The notes under the pieces: model-generated
The model's database searches: none
Told to the model about the DNA's origin: nothing
The model's input: only the letters and a program-made list of their open reading frames with translations
NCBI GenBank assembly: GCA_964016885.1
Contig: OZ024743.1
Location: 365,304,001-365,368,000, forward strand
DNA length: 64,000 nucleotides
From: Eledone cirrhosa
Taxonomy: Eukaryota
Reading direction: 5' to 3'
Part shown: positions 57,917-64,000 of the stretch, in pieces
How positions within the stretch are numbered: the first letter of the stretch is position 1
How the letters are laid out: the number at the start of each line of letters is the position of its first letter
Made by a program: the position numbers and the translations under genes

Positions 57917-59505
57917 TGTATGTATGTATGTATGTATTTATGTATGTATATATGTATGTATTATGTAGTTAGGTAGATAGTTATATAGGTTAGTATGTAT
58001 GCATGTATGTATATATTTATACATATATATATATATATGCGTGAATGTATATATGAGTGTGTGTGTGTGTATAAATACAATTCACTGTTACTGAAATATT
58101 CTGAAAAATATACCTGAAAGGATTTTCTTGTTCTTTTTTGTTGTTTTATGTTACTTTATTTAATCATTATCACTAGTTTTATGTTTTATTTCAAATCTTT
58201 TTTTTTTTTTTTTCAAAATAGATAAATAGGTTTGGATGGGTTGGTGGTGAGGGCTGATATTAGTAAATTGGTTTACTTTATGATAGAAGTAATAGTAATA
58301 TTATCCTAAAAGAAGATAAAAAGAGCCGTTAGAAATAGTAATAGCAACGTCAAGCGCTCCCGGTCAACTTCTATGAACTCGATTTCAGTTCAGTCATACA
58401 TTGGACTTCATAAATCTGTGGCTTGCACATGTATATCTATTTAACTATGTTATTTTATTATTCGTTATAATTCTTTTGATGCCTTCCTTCTTTTCTTTCC
58501 TTTTTTCTTTTTTACTTACTTTTCTTTCGCCATATATTTATTTATCTATTTGTTTAATATTTTTATTTCCGTCTTTTATTATTTTATTTTTTATCTGTCT
58601 TAATTTGCTGTTTCTTTCTTCTTTCTCTGCCTTCCTCCACCCCCAACAAAAATTGTTGACCTTGTTCCATTCAATGCATTTATTTTCTAAAACTTTATTT
58701 AAGTCTCGATTGCCCTTGAAGAGTCTGTGTTACCAATATCACTAACAAGTTTTGGTTCGACTCGAGGCCATAAGTGCATGAAATTGAAAAAAAAAAAACT
58801 AGAAATTGTATTATAACTGTTTTAACTATTTAATCATAGCAGGCGTACGTGCGAAGGGCATATGACTTTTCTGAACCTCCGAGATTGGGACGAGGTAGTA
58901 TAAACTTGGGCGGAAAGTATAAACAAACTGGAGACATAATCTAACTGCTTGCATCAAAGGGCCAGTGAGATTCGAACTCAGGAACCAAAGCACCGAGAGA
59001 AATACCGTAAAGCATCTCATTTAACTGCTAATCCACCCACATGAAATTACATTCTGATTTATCGACCACGAAACACACGCATAAACAAATATGTGAGTTT
59101 TCATTTTTTTTCTACTGAGATTATTTTACACCTCAACTTTAGAAAATGTAATATTTATAAATTAAGAGTAATGATGTTCTTATCAAAAATGTCGTTGCAT
59201 CATATATTTATAGAAATGAAGGTATCCAGTTTCGTGTTACTATGTACAAATTCAGAAATTAAGATACCTGATAACGAATGGTAATCAAACTGGTTGAAAC
59301 CTAGTGTTAATTTATATATAGAGTAAATATACCTTTTTCTTCAAAGATGAAATTAATAGCCCCCCAAATATAGTGTAATCTTATTTACAACAACTCAACT
59401 ATATTTCATACGTCTACGTATACGCATGTAAACACTATATATATATATATATATATACAAAATACAAAATATAAAACAATCAAATTTTAGCTTAATACAT
59501 TTAAT

Positions 59506-59552
59506 TGCTGACGATTGTTTCTTCCAGACAACTGTCTGGATTCATCGGAGCA
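59506..59552 (-). ncRNA. Hammerhead with one core substitution
   Basis: TGCT-CCGATGA-A-TCCAGACA(GT)TGTCTGGA-A-GAAA-CAATCG-TC-AGCA. Confidence 0.68.
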
Positions 59553-59668
59553 TACACAATGTTTAAACAAGTAATTATAATCCTAGTCTCTTCGGAACAT
59601 CATAAAGATACATTACTATATATATATACTAAATGAGTCTCGAACATTCTTTGCTCTTCTCGGGACTT

Positions 59669-59756
<88 letters not shown>

Positions 59757-59799
59757 ACAGCCGTTACAAACCATGACTAGTTTCTTCAGATTCTAGATA

Positions 59800-60240
59800 T
59801 CATCCTATATATGGACACTACTCCCATATCTAAGGTGGTACTTCTGCTGCTGCTACACACGGAGATAGACATCCTTGACTGCATCAGAAAAGTCCCCTTA
59901 TTTGGAGTCATTAAACTACACCCCAGCATCAGAACTACAGCCATGCTTACGCTTCGATCTACTGTGACCTATGTTCTTTGGAATCGGATGGCCTGATGTT
60001 GTCTCTACCCAATCAACTTGTCTACCCTTTCGCCATCCATATTGTGTCTTCCTCATTCAGCTCTTCACCATCTACTATGTCGAGTGTAAATCTTTCTCCC
60101 AAGAAAAGGTTTGAAATTTAAAAAGTACTCATTCCTTTTCCTATGGTTGTCAACATGCAGTTAACCACAAGTAGCATCAGTCACATCATCCTCACTTGCA
60201 CGTAGAGCTTGCGAAAGCTATGGTCAAGACCCCTTTTATT
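59800..60240 (-). mobile_element. Highly degenerate RTE/BovB-like 3' fragment
   Basis: Remnants of a G.RGR..W-type C-terminus; heavily decayed. Confidence 0.4.
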
Positions 60241-61497
60241 CGACGAGTCTATTAAAAAAGTACTTTAAGTTCTTTTCTTTACCGCTTTCTCGTGAGAAAA
60301 AGCAGTGTATTTGACCTATTTCTAGAACTTCAAGACTAACTGGAGGCAGAGAGGAAGGTACCTTCAAACCAGACACCTGGTTTGAATGTCCGAATGCTTA
60401 CAACTCCCATTAAAAACACAAAATGACCTGGTGTTGGTGGGAAACCAGGCGACTGATTACATTTACCATTCAAGTAGGTCTAGGAGATATTTGAATTCAG
60501 AACGCAAAGAATCAGAAGGAATAGCAAAAGGCATTTTATCTGATGAGCTTACATTTCTGCCATCTTGCCTCCTATTGTGTTACAAACATAATACATTTTG
60601 CTAATAATTTTTAGTGTGAAGTTTCACAAGTATATATTTTTTATAAACTGTATTATTAAAATGGTAGAGAACAGCTCCTGTAATGAGACTACTTTTTGAC
60701 GGCTTTTGACCAATTATGAAGACTTATTAAATCTCATGTTTAAATACGTTCGGCGTTCATTGTTAAAAAGTACACTAGCTGCTAGTTTTTCTGATGTTGG
60801 TCGAGTATTTATATGTCTCACTTATTCCAACTCCCTCTTATTATCTACATGGTATATCTGTGTGTGTGTGTATATATCTGTACGTGTGCGTGCGGGTGTG
60901 GATATCTGTGTCTGTGTGTTTATGTGTGTGGTTTCAGATATATTGGAGCATAAATGGGGAAAGACGTTTTTTTTTTCAAGTACATTTAATTGAAAACACC
61001 GACTTTCTTCTGTTGTTACTATTTTACAGTGTTCTATTTGCAGTTTCTCCTATTTCCTTATTAGTTTCTTCCGTGTTATTATTAGCTAGCTGTAAGTTCT
61101 GCTAGATCATGTTCATGGAAAAACAAGATAACTAAAAGAGTTTAACGGTATACACTTCATCGCCTAGACATACATTCACACAGACATTCATATGCAAACT
61201 TACTCATATACATGCGCATATACTTAAATATGTATATACATATATATATATATGTGTGTGTGTATGTGTATGTGTTACAAAGAGTGAGAGCCCGCCGGCT
61301 GAGCTCTTGCCGTTTTAACAACTATTTCCGGACTATTAACCGAAAGGCCTTTCGGCATCTGGACCTAGCAGGAGCTCAGCCATCGGATCCCGACTCTTTA
61401 TAACCTAACCATATTCTACTACCCCAAGTATCGAGTATTCTGTTGAGTAATGGTCTAAATAGATTTAAACTGGTTATACCCTGATATACAGTATATC

Positions 61498-61583
<86 letters not shown>

Positions 61584-61586
<3 letters not shown>

Positions 61587-61954
61587 CGTTTCTGAATTTG
61601 TTTAGCAAGATTCTTTATCTGAAATCGTGTGTTGAAACCGATATTGTTATACTTTGGGAGGGTCATGTTGCCAATAAGAAACACACGCACCAGTTGCTTT
61701 CACTTCAATTTATTATATATTTATAAATTTACAAATTTACAAACTTATAAATTTCTGGTTGGTTGGTTGGTTCCACAACCAGATAGTTGTTTATATATAT
61801 AGTCATAGTCCTTTCGTCACACACTCTGTGACCTCTTCAGTGACTGGGGATTCCTTTCTTCGTTTCTGTGCCTTTCCTTTCTTCTATACTACGCCATTTT
61901 GTTTCTGTTTCACACAGAAAGAAAATGGCGTAGTATAGAAGAAAGGAAAGGCAC
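61584..61954 (-). repeat. Naiad-related pLTR copy with fold-back 5' end
   Basis: MTLPKYNN start at 61666, hammerhead 61801-61845, hairpin 61867-61954. Confidence 0.78.
61801..61845 (-). ncRNA. Minimal hammerhead ribozyme
   Basis: AGTCA-CTGAAGA-G-GTCAC..GTGAC-GAAA-GGAC-TA-TGACT. Confidence 0.8.
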
Positions 61955-62050
61955 ATGCTTTGCAGCATAGTTACGTCCCTTTACGATCTGAGTTCAAATC
62001 CGGCCGAGGTTAACTTTGCTTTTCATCCTTACGGGGGTCGATAAAATAAA

Positions 62051-62113
<63 letters not shown>

Positions 62114-62163
62114 AATATATATATATATATATAAGCTCAAAAGATGGTTAAAAGAGTTCCAAG

Positions 62164-62234
62164 TATTTTATTATGCGCATTTCAAAAACAAATATCATCA
62201 TGGGGTGATATCTGCGTTCTCATCAGATAAAATA
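62164..62234 (-). ncRNA. Type I hammerhead (family E, second copy)
   Basis: TATTTTAT-CTGATGA-long stem II-GAAA-TGCGCA-TA-ATAAAATA. Confidence 0.82.
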
Positions 62235-62555
62235 GGGAGACATGATATGAAGCTTAAAAAGCACTTGTGAAGAGTGAAGTTTTAAATCGACATATGAAAA
62301 ATAAATTAAGATTGATGTATGAGATTGGTAAAAGTGAGGGGGGGGGGGGGTGGAAAATGTAAGGAAGGGCAAGAGATGAGAGTAAAGAATGGTGGGGGAG
62401 GAGCATAAGAAGGAAGGATGAGAGAGGAGAGATGGGTGATAGAGAGATAGCCTTTACAACTTATATTATTTATACTCCAGTCCTACAAACTGTAGAGTGC
62501 TACTTATCCGATATTTGCATTGCTTTATTGTGCTACAATAAAACTCACCTCCTAC

Positions 62556-62591
<36 letters not shown>

Positions 62592-62601
62592 AACAAGTAA
62601 G

Positions 62602-62695
62602 ACCCCGACGGCTGAGCTCAAGCCGTTTCGACGGCTAATTCTGGACTGAATGAAAATTTATTCTGGTATTTAAATAGCCGAGCTTATCAAGGGGT
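62602..62695 (-). ncRNA. Type I hammerhead, U3:A8 variant (family A)
   Basis: ACCCC-TTGATAA-G..CGGCTA..TAGCCG.C-GAAA-CGGCTTGAGCTCAGCCG-TC-GGGGT. Confidence 0.82.
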
Positions 62696-62874
62696 AATTC
62701 CATATATGGTCAAAGAGACAATCACCAGGATTGGTCACATCACAAGTTAGTAGTAAATCGGTGATGGCAAATTGGTGGGGGAAGGGGTAGCTAAACCTGC
62801 CGGTAGGAGAAAAAGGGAGTATTGAGTACTTTGGTGCGTTATGGTCCACCTGGTTCCTTACCACATTTCCTTCG

Positions 62875-62935
<61 letters not shown>

Positions 62936-62959
62936 TATATATATATATAAATATATATA

Positions 62960-63630
62960 TAAGTATGTATACGTACATACATATATGTATACAGACGTAC
63001 AGTAGTATGTATATTCATACATACATGCACACATATATTTATGTACGACTGGGTTTACCGAACATTTATTACAATGTTCGGTTTGTTTGTAAACAAACAT
63101 CCCGAATTAAGCCGTACAGTGTTCGGCAAACATCGTTGCCCTTATGTTCAACACTGACAAAGGAACGATGAACTACTTTCTAGCTCCTTAGCTGTCATCA
63201 GCACCGTATACCTTCCTGTCAGTCGATTGAACGTTTGAAAGTATATACTTTCCTTATGCATATTAACGGCTGAGCAGCCTAATGTGCATATCGAGTGAGT
63301 TAGTCGGCCGGGCGAACCGAAAACGATAAATGGAAAAAATGAAATTTCATTTCTCACTCTTAGTACGGCTTATAACAGTGTTGAACATAAGGGCAACGAT
63401 GTTTGCCGAACACTGTACGGCTTAATTCGGGCTGTTTGTTTACAAACAAACCGAACATTATAATAAATATTCGGTAAACCCATACGTACATATATATATG
63501 TGTGCATGTATGTATGTATATACATACTACTGTACCTCTGTATACATATATGTATGTACGTATGCATACTTATATTTAAGTATCAGCCGTACTAAGAGTG
63601 AGAAATGAAATTTCATTTTTTCCATTTATA
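62960..63630 (-). repeat. Retrozyme-like family C monomer plus inverted, permuted partial copy
   Basis: 62960-63370, then an inverted copy 63376-63630 spanning the monomer junction. Confidence 0.8.
63165..63207 (-). ncRNA. Minimal hammerhead (family C)
   Basis: ACGGTG-CTGATGA-C-AGCT(AAGG)AGCT-A-GAAA-GTAG-TT-CATCGT. Confidence 0.68.
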
Positions 63631-63639
63631 TATATATAT

Positions 63640-63854
63640 TAGAAATAGAATAGCTTTCACCGTATTTTTTTTTACTAGAGAAATTTTAGTCTGATAATGG
63701 GGTTTAGAACCCTCAGATAAATGGAAAAAGATGAGTTTTGATGTACATGTACATCAATACTCATCTTTTTCCATTTATCTGAGGGTTCTAAACCCCATTA
63801 TCAGACTAAAATTTCTTTAGTAAAAAAAATACGGTGAAAGCTTTTCTATTTCTA
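63640..63854. repeat. Near-perfect palindrome of about 215 bp, between (TA)n tracts
   Basis: Centre TGTACATGTACA near 63747; arms differ at only a few positions. Confidence 0.92.
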
Positions 63855-63891
63855 ATTTCAAACCTGTTCACTGTTTCAAAACACACTTACT

Positions 63892-63949
<58 letters not shown>

Positions 63950-64000
63950 TTATAAAATATTTACAATAGATTTATCATCATAAAATTATAATTATATAAA

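Noticed and set aside
63685-63850. Hammerhead within the terminal palindrome (CTGATAA; GAAAGCT)
   Set aside because: Could not assemble consistent stems I-III.

Overview
AT-rich, microsatellite-saturated eukaryotic DNA. The SINE repertoire resembles that of cephalopods (Octopus-like); this is recognised from memory, not searched. I found no convincing host gene exon, rRNA, tRNA or CRISPR array, and almost all listed ORFs are microsatellite artefacts. The real coding remnants are all transposon-derived: RTE, R4/Dong and Tx1 LINE fragments, a deleted mariner, two Helitron pieces, a full-length but dead hAT (Buster-type) with intact TIRs/TSD, and two Penelope-like elements (one Neptune-like RT, one rearranged Naiad-type with an in-frame Asn-rich insert). 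The main hidden signal is RNA. Reading both strands by eye gives about 23 type-I hammerhead ribozyme motifs in roughly a dozen unrelated short non-coding repeat families. These mostly sit in (TA)n tracts and show partial-tandem, circularly permuted or fold-back arrangements, as expected for PLE pseudo-LTRs or non-autonomous retrozymes. Two families (4 copies) consistently carry the compensatory U3:A8 core (TTGAYAA) instead of CTGANGA. Each family has its own palindromic stem III. All structures were folded by eye and need computational and biochemical confirmation.
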